From: Macrostomum lignano
Taxonomy: Eukaryota
Direction: 5' to 3'
Assembly: GCA_002269645.1 (NCBI GenBank)
Contig: NIVC01000257.1
Span: 310,001-374,000, forward strand
DNA: 64,000 nt
The translations under genes and the position numbers were made by a program. Below the pieces are notes generated by a model. That model had not been told where the DNA came from. It searched no databases and was given only the letters and a program-made list of their open reading frames with translations. Below, one piece after another: positions 34,951-55,160 of the stretch (position 1 is the stretch's first letter; each line of letters starts with the position of its first letter).

Positions 34951-35885
34951 ATGACTGGCGGCGGGCTCTACGAAGCTGAGGGGGCCGCCCAGGCTGTGCT
35001 GATCGGCCTGACCGCCGTGCTGGCCTGCCTGCTGGCCACCCTGGCGCAGCAGCTGATGAGGCGACGCCAGCTGACGGCCCGCTGGGCGGCCGAGGCGGCG
35101 GCTTACAGCGCGCGAGCAAACGGTGCTTAGCCCGCTTCGCTTTCATTCTAGACTAGCAATCCATTCTAGGCTAGCAATCCATTCTAGACTAGCAATCCAT
35201 TCTAGACTAGCAATCCATTCTAGACTAGCAATCCATTCTAGACTAGCAATCCATTCTAGACTAGCAATCCATTCTAGACTAGCAATCCATTCTAGACTAG
35301 CAATCCATTCTAGACCAGCAATCCACTCTAGACTAGCAATCCATTCTAGACTAGCAATCCATTCTAGGCTAGCAATCCATTCTAGACTAGCAATCCATTC
35401 TAGGTTAGCAATCCATTCTAGGCTAGCAATCCATTCTAGGCTAGTAAATCCTATCTAGGCTAGCAATCCATTCTAGACTAGCAATCCATCAGAAATCCAT
35501 TGCAGAGTAGATTAGCAATCCATTATATGTAGATTAGATTAGCAACCCACCCTAATTCTCCCGCACCTCATCAGACCAGGCAGCCGAGTCAGTCAGCGCT
35601 GAGGATGCAGGAGCCAGTGAGATGGGGCAGCAGCAGCAACAGGTGGCAGCCGCAGATGCTGTCCCATTCACTCACCTTCCCGGCAGTTTGAAACGCGCCG
35701 AGCAGGCAAAAATTCTCCAAAGCCTGTCGGAGGAGGAGCTGCAACTCGAGCGGGACGCCGTGATGGACCAGCTGAGGCAGATCTGCGGCATCCTGGCTGA
35801 GCGGCAGGGCGGCGAGGCTGGCGGCGAACTGCCGCCTGAAGCTTCTCTGAATGAAGTGCGCAGCCAGATGCGACTCTATTCTTAG
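34951..35885 (+). CDS. MXRA7: MXRA7-like single-pass membrane protein, 160 aa; exons 34951-35122 and 35575-35885
   Basis: Exon 1 (59 codons, absent from the ORF track) encodes the TM helix AAQAVLIGLTAVLACLLATLA followed by RRR. The splice G|GTGCTT to catcAG|AC is frame-consistent. The C-terminus LSEEELQLERDAVMDQLRQICGIL...EVRSQMRLYS resembles, from memory, the MXRA7 tail (MTKEELEEEQRVQKEQLAAIFKLM...DVQEQLRLY). Confidence 0.6.
35146..35500. repeat. Minisatellite, 18-bp unit (tctagactagcaatccat), intron of the MXRA7-like gene
   Basis: Direct inspection. Confidence 0.95.
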
Positions 35886-35886
35886 C

Positions 35887-36522
35887 CTGCTGCTCTCTGA
35901 TTGGTTGGAATGGAGTCCCGCTGTTCTCTGATTGGTTGAAATATTGGAGTCACACTGCTCTCCGATTGGTTGCAATATTGGAGTCCAGCTGCTCTCCGAT
36001 TGGTTGCAATATTGGAGTCCAGCTGCTCTCCGATTAGTTGCAATATTGGAGTCCAGCTGCTCTCCGATTGGTTGCAATATTGGAGTCCAGCTGCTCTCTG
36101 ATTGGTTGCAATATTGGAGTCCCACTGCTCTCTGATTGGTTATAATGGAGTCCACTGCTTTCTGATTGGTTGGAATGGAGGCCTGCTGCTCTCTGATTGG
36201 TTGGAATGGTGGCCTGCTGCTCTCTGATTGGTTGGGAAATTGGAGTCTCACTGTTTTCAGATTGGTTGGAATGAAGGCCTGTTGCTCTCTGATTGGTTGG
36301 AATGGAGGCCTGCTGCTCTCTGATTGGTTGGGAAATTGGAGTCTCACTGTTTTCAGATTGGTTGGAATGAAGGCCTGTTGCTCTCTGATTGGTTGGAATG
36401 GAGGCCTGCTGCTCTCTGATTGGTTGGGAAATTGGAGTCTCACTGTTTTCAGATTGGTTGGAATGAAGGCCTGTTGCTCTCTGATTGGTTGGAATGAAGG
36501 CCTGCTGCTGCTCTGATTGGTC
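35887..36522. repeat. Minisatellite (ctgctctctgattggttg... units, two sub-arrays) starting right after the MXRA7-like stop
   Basis: Direct inspection; ATTGG (reverse CCAAT) in nearly every unit. Confidence 0.92.
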
Positions 36523-36944
36523 AGTAAAGTTAAGACCGGCATTTATCCGTCAAGTTATTGAATATTAATGACATAAATTCCCTACTGTCTGATTAGCTGA
36601 AGCTGTTTACTTGTAGTTATCGCTTTAACCTGTTACTTATGACAACACCCTGACATTCGAATTGCAGTATATTTATCTGTTATTGACTGACATTGTCTCA
36701 TATTTGCTTCCTTTTAAGCTAAGCTTGTAGTGTCCTCAGTTTAAACTGCCAATGCCGTATTAATGCTTTGTTTTGTCGATGTTGTGCATACATTTACATA
36801 GACTTTTAGGTTCTACTTATACGCTCGTAGTAGCACGTTTGAGACTTTTTTATTCTGATGCCGTAAATGGATTTTGTATATAATTTATTGCCTAGATTGT
36901 TTTGTATTAAATGCGTTTTAAAACTCCAAATAAGTCGGCTCCGG

Positions 36945-37572
36945 GGCGACTCTAGTGATTCTGGAGTGACTCTTGTGATTCTGGAGCGACTCAAGTGACT
37001 CTGGAGCGACTCAAGTGACTCTGGAGCGACTCGAGTGACTCTGGAGCGACTCTAGTGATTCTTGAGCGACTCAAGTGACTTTGGAGCGACTCTGGTGATT
37101 CTGGAGCGACTCAAGTGATTCTTGAGCGACTCTAGTGACTCTGGAGCGACTCAAGTGATTCTGGGGCGACTCTAGTGACTCTGGAGCGGCTCTAGTAACT
37201 CTGGAGCGACTCAAGTGATTCTGGAGCGACTCTAGTGATTCTGGAGCGACTCAAGTGACTCTGGAGCGACTCTAGTGATTCTGGAGCGACTCAAGTGACT
37301 CTGGAGCGACTCTAGTGACTCTGGAGCGACTCAAGTGACTCTGGAGCGACTCTAGTAATTCTTGAGCGACTCTAGTGACTCTGGAGCGACTCAAGTGATT
37401 CTGGAGCGACTCAAGTGACTCTGGAGCGACTCAAGTGATTCTGGGGCGACTCTAGTGACTCTGGAGCGGCTCTAGTAACTCTCGAGCGACTCTAGTGACT
37501 CTGGAGCGGCTCTAGTAACTCTCGAGCGACTCTAGTGACTCTGGAGCGACTCTAGTGATTCTGGAGCGATTC
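36945..37572. repeat. Minisatellite, 20-bp unit (ctctagtgactctggagcga)
   Basis: Direct inspection. Confidence 0.95.
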
Positions 37573-38325
37573 TCCAAGGCGCTAAAAAGTTGCAGAAGAA
37601 GCGCTTTAGGGTAGAATCGTTAGTGCGTCACAAGTTACAGTTACACAATAAGCGCTCAGTTTTAGCCTTTTTGAACTTCAATTGCACTCTAACTAGCCTA
37701 CTGAGTTAGTAGAAAGTTAAGCTTCAACACAACGATTCTTGGACGACTCTTTCGCGCGACTCTTTTACAATTCTGCAATTTGCGTGACGCGCTTGTGACG
37801 CAACAGTCGCCTCTTCATCAGACATGTTCGTTCACTACGAGTATCTGCTGCTTTGGCAAAAATGGTTTTTTATACACTACCTCTTCGCTTATATCATTCT
37901 TACTTGTGTACTGAACCTGCAATGACTGCTTTTACTAGGATTATAAATATACACTGCAGATGGCCTTTGACGGGTGTCATCTGGTACATTTTTTCTATTG
38001 GCTTTTAGCAGACCTGTGTGCCGAGCCATTGCAAATCTAATCTTGCATTCAAGGCCTCTGTTTTTTCATCCTACATTTTTTAAAGCTTTTCAATTGGCAT
38101 TTCTTGAACGCATCAGCCTTTGGAGCTGGGCTTGTTTAAACTGCTTGGTGGTTCAAGGCCTGGACTGATTTCCGCCAATGATTATTACACAGCGTTTCTC
38201 TGCCGCTGTGTGATATGCCATGCATGATTGCGAGATCAGTATTTAGCCTCTCATCTCATGCATGTGACTCCGTGCGACTTTTCCGCCTTTTCGGGCGCTT
38301 GGATCTGCGCATTGTTATGCACAGA

Positions 38326-38995
38326 CACTCTGGCACTCTGTTCTGTATTCTGGCACTCTCTGCTGCACTCTGTTCTGTATTCTGGCACTCTCTGCTGCAC
38401 TCTGTTCTGTATTCTGGCACTCTCTGCTGCACTCTGTTCTGTATTCTGGCACTCTCTGCTGCACTCTGTTCTGTATTCTGGCACACTCTGCTGCACTCTT
38501 CTGTATTCTGGCACTCTCTGCTGCACTCTGTTCTGTATTCTGGCACTCTCCTGCTGCACTCTTCTGTATTCTGGCACTCTCTGCTGCACTCTGTTCTGTA
38601 TTCTGGCACTCTCCTGCTGCACTCTTCTGTATTCTGGCACTCTCTGCTGCACTCTGTTCTGTATTCTGGCACTCTCTGCTGCACTCTGTTCTGTATTCTG
38701 GCACTCTCTGCTGCACTCTGTTCTGTATTCTGGCACTCTCTGCTGCACTCTGTTCTGTATTCTGGCACTCTCTGCTGCACTCTGTTCTGTATTCTGGCAC
38801 TCTCTGCTGCACTCTGTTCTGTATTCTGGCACTCTCTGCTGCACTCTGTTCTGTATTCTGGCACTCTCTGCTGCACTCTGTTCTGTATTCTGGCACTCTC
38901 TGCTGCACTCTGTTCTGTATTCTGGCACTCTCTGCTGCACTCTGTTCTGTATTCTGGCACTCTGCTGCACTCTGTTCTGTATTCTGGCACTCCTT
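38326..38995. repeat. Minisatellite, ~32-bp unit (ctctgttctgtattctggcactctctgctgca)
   Basis: Direct inspection; source of ORFs in 38215..39031. Confidence 0.96.
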
Positions 38996-40337
38996 CTGGT
39001 GGGCACTCTCCCTAGTCACTCTAGTACGTAGTACTTTTTAAGGCACTCTGTACTCGTATATGATAACTGCGCTTCGCTAAATTCAGCGCTAGACATGACT
39101 TCTACAGCATTGGTCGCCTGGTGCATATCTGGAGGCAATAATCCGTCTCCTTCCATGCAATCATCTATTACCCAAACCCAATAGTTCCAATCCCACGCAG
39201 TTCATTTATCCTGCCAACAGACTAACAGTTACAGGAACACTATGTTTACGCGCAATCGCCTCCGCGTGTACTAATAGCTATGGCGGTCGCCTAGGGGCTA
39301 TGCAATTTGTTGTTTTTTTGTTTGCTATTTTCGCGTTCGAGCCGTACTTAAGTTCAACTGGCTGGCTGCTGATAAATCTTCTAATTTTTTAATACATTTC
39401 GCATATATATAAACGCATCACGCTAAAATGAGCATTGAGAGAGAGAGTTCGGCCGAGGGAAGGGCGGAGTAATAAGAGCCCGATTCGGCGGCCTGTGGAA
39501 TGTATTTAGCGATGGAGGGGAGGCCAGCGGTGTCGGAGGCAGAAAGACGGCAATTGGGCAGAGGGGAGGAGGCAGAGAGTGACGAGGTCTCCTGAGGGCA
39601 GGCGGGGAGCGTGGGCGGCGCTAGGTCCAAAGCCCTGTACAGTACACTCTGCCCTGTACAGGGGAGAGAGGGCGAGGGGAGAGGAGAGGAGAGAGTCATC
39701 CTCTTTATACACAAGCTCAGCCAGCATGCCCTGCCCGTTATATATGAGAGAGAGAGAGAGAGCCTTCCAGTGTGTCCAATCTTGTCCAATACCAAGCAAG
39801 AGACTCTCCTTGGAGATCTCAATTTTGTACGGTCTCCCAGACTCTCACAACCAGTGAATAGAGTTCCGTCTCTCTTTCTCTATAATATAAATAAGCCCAA
39901 GCAGTAGTAGTGTTGAATAAGCCCGAATAGACCTTTATTGTTGGCGGCGGCGGAGCGGCACAAGGTTAGTCATCAGCCCGGGGTCGAGCAAATGAGGGTG
40001 GCCCCAACAGTCAGGCAGTTTGCTGTGTTTTTTACTGCCCTTAAGCACTCCCACGCACAGTTTTGCGATTCTCTTCCTCTCCCCCTCTACTTCTGTCTGC
40101 TTCGTTTTTCTCTCACCTCCTGGCGTTTTACTTTCTATCTTGGGGTTCTACTAGCTGAGGGTGACCCCATCCAAGCCCCTCCGTCTGTCTGTCTGCCTGC
40201 CTGCCTCCCCCCGACTCCGGTTTCAGCCAGCTGAATCCAGTAATATATTTTTTTAAATACGAAACACTCTGTCCTTTATTATTGATCGATTTAAGGTCCA
40301 TAGGAATCGCTTATATTTCACTGTAGATTGAGCGGTC

Positions 40338-48482
<8,145 letters not shown>

Positions 48483-49189
48483 AAATGCGAATTTTTTTCT
48501 GGCAATTTTTAATAATGATTCTGAAATCTCGATCCTTAGATTCGTAACGCGAATTCCAGCCCTCCATCAGAGAGCGGCCCAGTGCAATACTGTTGGATAA
48601 AGTACCAAGTCAGAGTGCAAAAATCTCGCGCATATTTGCTTTTTAATGTACTCGCTAACAGATTGTTTTTGTAGGCAATGTCTTCTGCTGCACCGATAAT
48701 GCATCCGCACTTCTATTCGATTGCTTTCATCCGTTGCAGTTTTCTAATCTCAGTACCGTACGCCCCATCGCATCTGGGCTCAACATAGCGCCGCGATAGG
48801 CGAGAGTTTCCTGTTGTACTTTTAACTGTATTGCGCAATAAATCACATTCGTTAAGCTGCATCTGTCTTTGCTCCAGAACTGATTAAATCAAGCATTGCA
48901 ATCTGCCTCGCTCCCTTTGTTGCTCCCTTCCGCGTACACAGTTCACGCTGTACTTTTTTTAAACCGAATTTTTTTTCTACTAGCGCGATCAGCTTCAAAT
49001 ATTTTGCAGTTGCTTTTGCGGCTTTTCTCTGTTGCTTTTATTTGGTAGCGCTGTTGCAACAGCCCAGAGTCCTAATACACAAAGACCGTCTGCAATCACT
49101 GTGACCAGAGTAGAACAAAATAAGCATTGCCGTGTTCGAGTTATTGATTATCTTAGAAACTGAATATGGTCATCGGGTTAATGTATCTG

Positions 49190-51592
49190 GTCCCTATCTT
49201 ATCCACCAATGCATCTGGTCACTCTTTAATCCGCCAATGCATCTGGTCACTCTTTAATCCGCCAATGCATCTGGTCACTCTTTAATCCGCCAATGCATCT
49301 GGTCACTCTTTAATCCGCCAATGCATCTGGTCACTCTTTAATCCGCCAATGCATCTGGTCACTCTTTAATCCGCCAATGCATCTGGTCACTCCCTTATCC
49401 ACCAATGATCTGGTCACTCTCTTATCCATCAATGCATCTGGTCACTCCCTTATCCACCAATGATCTGGTCACTCTCTTATCCATCAATGCATCTGGTCAC
49501 TCTCTTATCCACCAATGCATCTGGTCACTCACTTATCCACCAATGCATCTGGTCACTCTCTTATCCACCAATGCATCTGGTCACTCTCTTATCCACCAAT
49601 GCATCTGGTCACTCACTTATCCACCAATGCATCTGGTCACTCTCTTATCCACCAATGCATCTGGTCACTCCCTTATCCACCAATGCATCTGGTCACTCTC
49701 TTATCCACCAATGCATCTGGTCACTCCCTTATCTACCAATGCATCTGGTCACTCTTTAATCCGCAATGCATCTGGTCACTCTTTAATCCGCAATGCATCT
49801 GGTCACTCTTTAATCCGCAATGCATCTGGTCACTCTTTAATCCGCAATGCATCTGGTCACTCTTTAATCCGCCAATGCATCTGGTCACTCTTTAATCCGC
49901 CAATGCATCTGGTCACTCTTTAATCCGCCAATGCATCTGGTCACTCTTTAATCCGCCAATGCATCTGGTCACTCTTTAATCCGCCAATGCATCTGGTCAC
50001 TCTTTAATCCGCCAATGCATCTGGTCACTCCCTTATCCACCAATGATCTGGTCACTCTCTTATCCATCAATGCATCTGGTCACTCTCTTATCCATCAATG
50101 CATCTGGTCACTCTCTTATCCACCAATGCATCTGGTCACTCACTTATCCACCAATGCATCTGGTCACTCTCTTATCCACCAATGCATCTGGTCACTCCCT
50201 TATCCACCAATGATCTGGTCACTCTCTTATCCATCAATGCATCTGGTCACTCTCTTATCCACCAATGCATCTGGTCACTCCCTTATCTACCAATGCATCT
50301 GGTCACTCTTTAATCCGCCAATGCATCTGGTCACTCTTTAATCCGCCAATGCATCTGGTCACTCTTTAATCCGCCAATGCATCTGGTCACTCTTTAATCC
50401 GCCAATGCATCTGGTCACTCTTTAATCCGCCAATGCATCTGGTCACTCCCTTATCCACCAATGATCTGGTCACTCTCTTATCCATCAATGCATCTGGTCA
50501 CTCCCTTATCCACCAATGATCTGGTCACTCTCTTATCCATCAATGCATCTGGTCACTCACTTATCCACTAATGCATCTGGTCACTCACTTATCCGCCAAT
50601 GCATCTGGTCACTCTCTTATCCACCAATGCATCTGGTCACTCACTTATCCACCAATGCATCTGGTCACTCTCTTATCCACCAATGCATCTGGTCACTCCC
50701 TTATCCACCAATGATCTGGTCACTCTCTTATCCACCAATGCATCTGGTCACTCCCTTATCTACCAATGCATCTGGTCACTCTTTAATCCGCAATGCATCT
50801 GGTCACTCTTTAATCCGCAATGCATCTGGTCACTCTTTAATCCGCCAATGCATCTGGTCACTCTTTAATCCGCCAATGCATCTGGTCACTCTTTAATCCG
50901 CCAATGCATCTGGTCACTCTTTAATCCGCCAATGCATCTGGTCACTCCCTTATCCACCAATGATCTGGTCACTCTCTTATCCATCAATGCATCTGGTCAC
51001 TCACTTATCCACCAATGCATCTGGTCACTCACTTATCCGCCAATGCATCTGGTCACTCTCTTATCCACCAATGCATCTGGTCACTCACTTATCCACCAAT
51101 GCATCTGGTCTCTCTCTTATCCACCAATGCATCTGGTCACTCCCTTATCCACCAATGATCTGGTCACTCTCTTATCCACCAATGCATCTGGTCACTCCCT
51201 TATCTACCAATGCATCTGGTCACTCTTTAATCCGCAATGCATCTGGTCACTCTTTAATCCGCAATGCATCTGGTCACTCTTTAATCCGCCAATGCATCTG
51301 GTCACTCTTTAATCCGCCAATGCATCTGGTCACTCTTTAATCCGCCAATGCATCTGGTCACTCTTTAATCCGCCAATGCATCTGGTCACTCTTTAATCCG
51401 CCAATGCATCTGGTCACTCTTTAATCCGCCAATGCATCTGGTCACTCTTTAATCCGCCAATGCATCTGGTCACTCTTTAATCCGCCAATGATCTGGTCAC
51501 TCTCTTATCCACCAATGATCTGGTCACTCCCTTATCCACCAATGATCTGGTCACTCTTCTATCCGCTAATGCATCAATGCATCTGGTCACTC
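49190..51592. repeat. Minisatellite, 27-28 bp unit (ccaatgcatctggtcactc...) with higher-order structure
   Basis: Variant monomers (tttaatccg, tcttatcca, ccttatcca, acttatcca) recur in blocks. Confidence 0.97.
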
Positions 51593-52065
51593 CTGTACCT
51601 GGTATCTGGTCACTCAGCGCAGGATGACTATGAAATAAATAACGAAACGCAAGCCACACCGAGCCAAGTAGGAACTGCGTAGGCTGAGCTGCCCAAAGCT
51701 CGCAGAGCTTCAGAAAATGCCGCAAAGGAAGAAGACACTTCCGATCCGAAATTCTATAATTTTGCTAGAAATTCTGTTCTGAGGCTGGCAGTTACAGTCA
51801 CACACATGAGCTAAACTTAGCGCCAATTATTTCCAATAGTTTAACGTTAAACAACTCTCATAACTTTACTATTTAGAGTCACCCAGGCAGTTAATTAGTT
51901 CGAATGAAAAATTCAATCAATCTGTGCGTTTTAATTTGAACTCTTTTGTTAGACTGAGGCACCGGTGCTTCTGGGGTTTGCAGACTGAGAACTCAATGGG
52001 AGAGGGAGAGAGATTAATAGTGAGAATATACGATAAGAAACATATGGATAAGAGTAGACTGAACA

Positions 52066-52290
52066 AGAGTAGAATAGATAGCAGGAGAATAGATATGGCT
52101 GAGAATAGATTAGCTTGAGAATAGATACGGTTGAGAATAGATACGACTGAGAATAGATGCGATTGAGAATAGATAGCATGAGAATAGAGATAGCAGGAGA
52201 ATAGATATGGCTGAGAATAGATTATCTTGAGAATAGATACGGTTGAGAATAGATAGCATGAGAATAGAGATAGCAGGAGAATAGATAGCC
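52066..52290. repeat. Degenerate gagaatagat-rich repeat in the DENR 3' flank
   Basis: Direct inspection. Confidence 0.8.
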
Positions 52291-52420
52291 CACGAGAAGT
52301 AATGATTAAGAATAGATAAAAGCGAGCATAGACTGAACCCAGCACAGGCACCTCAGCATCCAGCCTCATACTGTTATAAAAGCCGAGCACCCAGAGCTAA
52401 GCAGCCAGCATCCCAGTTCA

Positions 52421-53620
52421 TCATCGCTTCAAATCGCCCAGATCCTCGATTCGCTCCTCGTCGATGCTCGGCCACCGCTCCGGCAGCAGGTCGAACAGGT
52501 CGTCCCGCACGTCGCCCTGGATCACAATCTCGTCCCCGTTGCCCGTGACGCTGGCGCCGGTGGCGAACTTCTGGCCAAACACCCGGGAGGCCTCCTTCAG
52601 ATCGATGCCGAACGAGGACAAGCCGGTGACCACCGTCACCGACTTCCGCTTGCCCCGCTGCGCTCGGGACAGGCAAATCCTGGCCTGATCGGCCGCCTCC
52701 TTCTTCTTCTTGGCCTCCTTGTTTCCGCCCTTGCCGCCCCGGGTCTGGCGCTTCTTCTTGTCGTCGTCCGCCTCGTCTGCCGCCGCGGCCCCTGTGTTCA
52801 GCCGGGCGAACTCTTCGGGCAGGTTTTGCTCCAGCCAGGCCCTGTGGGAATGTCAGCCAATTCCATCTTTCTTGAGAGAGTGTACATGCCTGATGATTAG
52901 AAAGTCAGGGCTGCTGTACACTCTGAGTGAGCTGTGCATGAGTGCCGTGCCTGCGTACAGTATTGACGCGCTTGTATGTACATCATGTCGCCGAAGGCGT
53001 TTCAGCTGTTTACGTGTGCATGTCGTCACTTCCAACTGCCCGTATTTTCATTAAAAAATTGCTCACGCATTCTTCAATACTACTGAACTGAAAGTAGAGA
53101 AACTGTTTTCGTTTTGGGGGATTCTAGCCTAGTGGTTAGCGCGGCGGATTCACGGCTAAAAGGTCGGGGGTTCGATTCTTGACACATTTAGAACAATTTG
53201 TGTCCTTGAGCAAGACACTTAAATCTGCAGTGCTTCAGTTCACCCAGCTGTAAAATGGATGCCAGCATTAGCTGGGGTAGTTAAGGGTGTGTGTGGCGAC
53301 CCCCCACCCCCAGTCCTTGGACTGAACAGCCGTACGCAGCCTTCAGATGCGCCGCTGTTTCTACTGTTTCGAATAAAATAAAAAGTACTTCACCTGCACG
53401 CGCCAGGATCCGGGGAAAACTCGCACAGCTCCAGCGGCAGGGAGCAGGCGCCGCAGTACTGCACCTGCAGTGGGTAGCGCACCCCCGGCACCGGCTTCGG
53501 TTCCGACAGGAAGCCGCCGCAGGCTGTAGCCGACAGAGCGGCGGGGGCGGCGGCTGCGGATGGCGCCGAAGACTCAGCCGGCGGCGGCGCCTCTCTGTCG
53601 CTCTGGCCGCCGTCTGACAT
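52421..53620 (-). CDS. DENR: Density-regulated protein (SUI1-domain reinitiation factor), 215 aa; exons 53620-53394 and 52841-52421
   Basis: YPLQVQYCGACSLPLELCEF, AWLEQNLPEEF, KKKRQTRGGKG, RGKRKSVTVVTGLSSFGIDLKEASRVFGQKFATGASV, DEIVIQGDV and IEDLGD. The phase-2 junction AG|G is consistent. Confidence 0.95.
53116..53353 (+). mobile_element. tRNA-derived CORE-SINE in the DENR intron (antisense to DENR)
   Basis: A-box TAGCCTAGTGG at 53125-53135 and B-box GGTTCGATTC at 53169-53178. A CORE-like tgtgtccttgagcaagacacttaa...cttcagttcacccagctgtaaaatgg follows. A second copy lies at 31976. Confidence 0.8.
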
Positions 53621-53757
53621 CGCGTGCTGATGCTTGAGCTGCCGATGAAGCTGAGTACTGCTGCCGCTGCTGCTGTTGGCTCGAAAGCATGAAGAAATCG
53701 AGTATTAGTCTGATTGGCTAATTAGGAAGAGCTTGCAGTTGCTTGAAAATAAACCTA

Positions 53758-55160
53758 ACTCGGGATCCCGACTCTCTAATCCCAGGATCCAGACTCTTTG
53801 ATTCCAGGATCCCGACTCCTCAATCCCGGGATCCCGACTCTTTGATTCCAGGATCCCGACTCCTCAATCCCGGGATCCCGACTCTTTGATTCCAGGATCC
53901 CGACTCCTCAATCCCGGGATCCCGACTCTTTGATTCCAGGATCCCGACTCTCTAATCCCGGGATCCCGACTCTCTAATCCCGGGATCCCGACTCTCTAAT
54001 CCCGGGATCCCGACTCTCTAATCCCGGGATCCCGACTCTCTAATCTCGGGATCCCGACTCTCTAATCCCGGGATCCCGACTCTCTAATCCCAGGATCCAG
54101 ACTCTTTGATTCTAGGATCCCGACTCCTCAATACCGGGATCCCGACTCTTTGATTCCAGGATCCCGACTCCTCAATACCGGGATCCCGACTCTTTGATTC
54201 CAGGATCCCGACTCCTCAATCCTGGGATCCCGACTCTCTAATCCCGGGATCCCGACTCTCTAATCCCGGGATCCCGACTCTCTAATCCCGGGATCCCGAC
54301 TCTTTGATTCCAGGATCCCGACTCCTCAATACCGGGATCCCGACTCTTTGATTCCAGGATCCCGACTCCTCAATCCTGGGATCCCGACTCTCTAATCCCA
54401 GGATCCAGACTCTTTGATTCCAGGATCCCGACTCCTCAATCCCGGGATCCCGACTCTTTGATTCCAGGATCCCGACTCCTCAATCCCGGGATCCCGACTC
54501 TTTGATTCCAGGATCCCGACTCTCTAATCCCGGGATCCCGACTCTCTAATCCCGGGATCCCGACTCTCTAATCCCGGGATCCCGACTCTCTAATCCCGGG
54601 ATCCCGACTCTTTGATTCCAGGATCCCGACTCCTCAATACCGGGATCCCGACTCTTTGATTCCAGGATCCCGACTCCTCAATCCCGGGATCCCGACTCTC
54701 TAATCCCGGGATCCCGACTCTTTGATTCCAGGATCCCGACTCCTCAATACCGGGATCCCGACTCTTTGATTCCAGGATCCCGACTCCTCAATCCTGGGAT
54801 CCCGACTCTCTAATCCCGGGATCCCGACTCTCTAATCCCGGGATCCCGACTCCTCAATCCCGGGATCCCGACTCCTCAATCCCGGGATCCCGACTTTTAA
54901 TACCGGGATCCCGACTCCTCAATCCCCAGATCCCGACTCTCAATCCCGGGATCCCGACTCTTTGATTCCAGGATCCCGACTCCTCAATCCCGGGATCCCG
55001 ACTCTTTGATTCCAGGATCCCGACTCCTCAATCCTGGGATCCCGACTCTCTAATCCCGGGAGCCCGACTCTCTAATCCCGGGATCCCGACTCCTCAATCC
55101 CGGGATCCCGACTCCTCAATCCCCAGATCCCGACTCCTCAATCCCGGGATCCCGACTCTC
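53758..55160. repeat. Minisatellite, 22/23-bp units (gggatcccgactctctaatccc and variants), upstream of DENR
   Basis: Direct inspection; palindromic GGGATCCC core in most units. Confidence 0.97.

Noticed and set aside
39418-39907. Overlapping ORFs in a GA-rich segment upstream of bestrophin
   Set aside because: Low-complexity sequence with no protein motif and no consistent exon structure.
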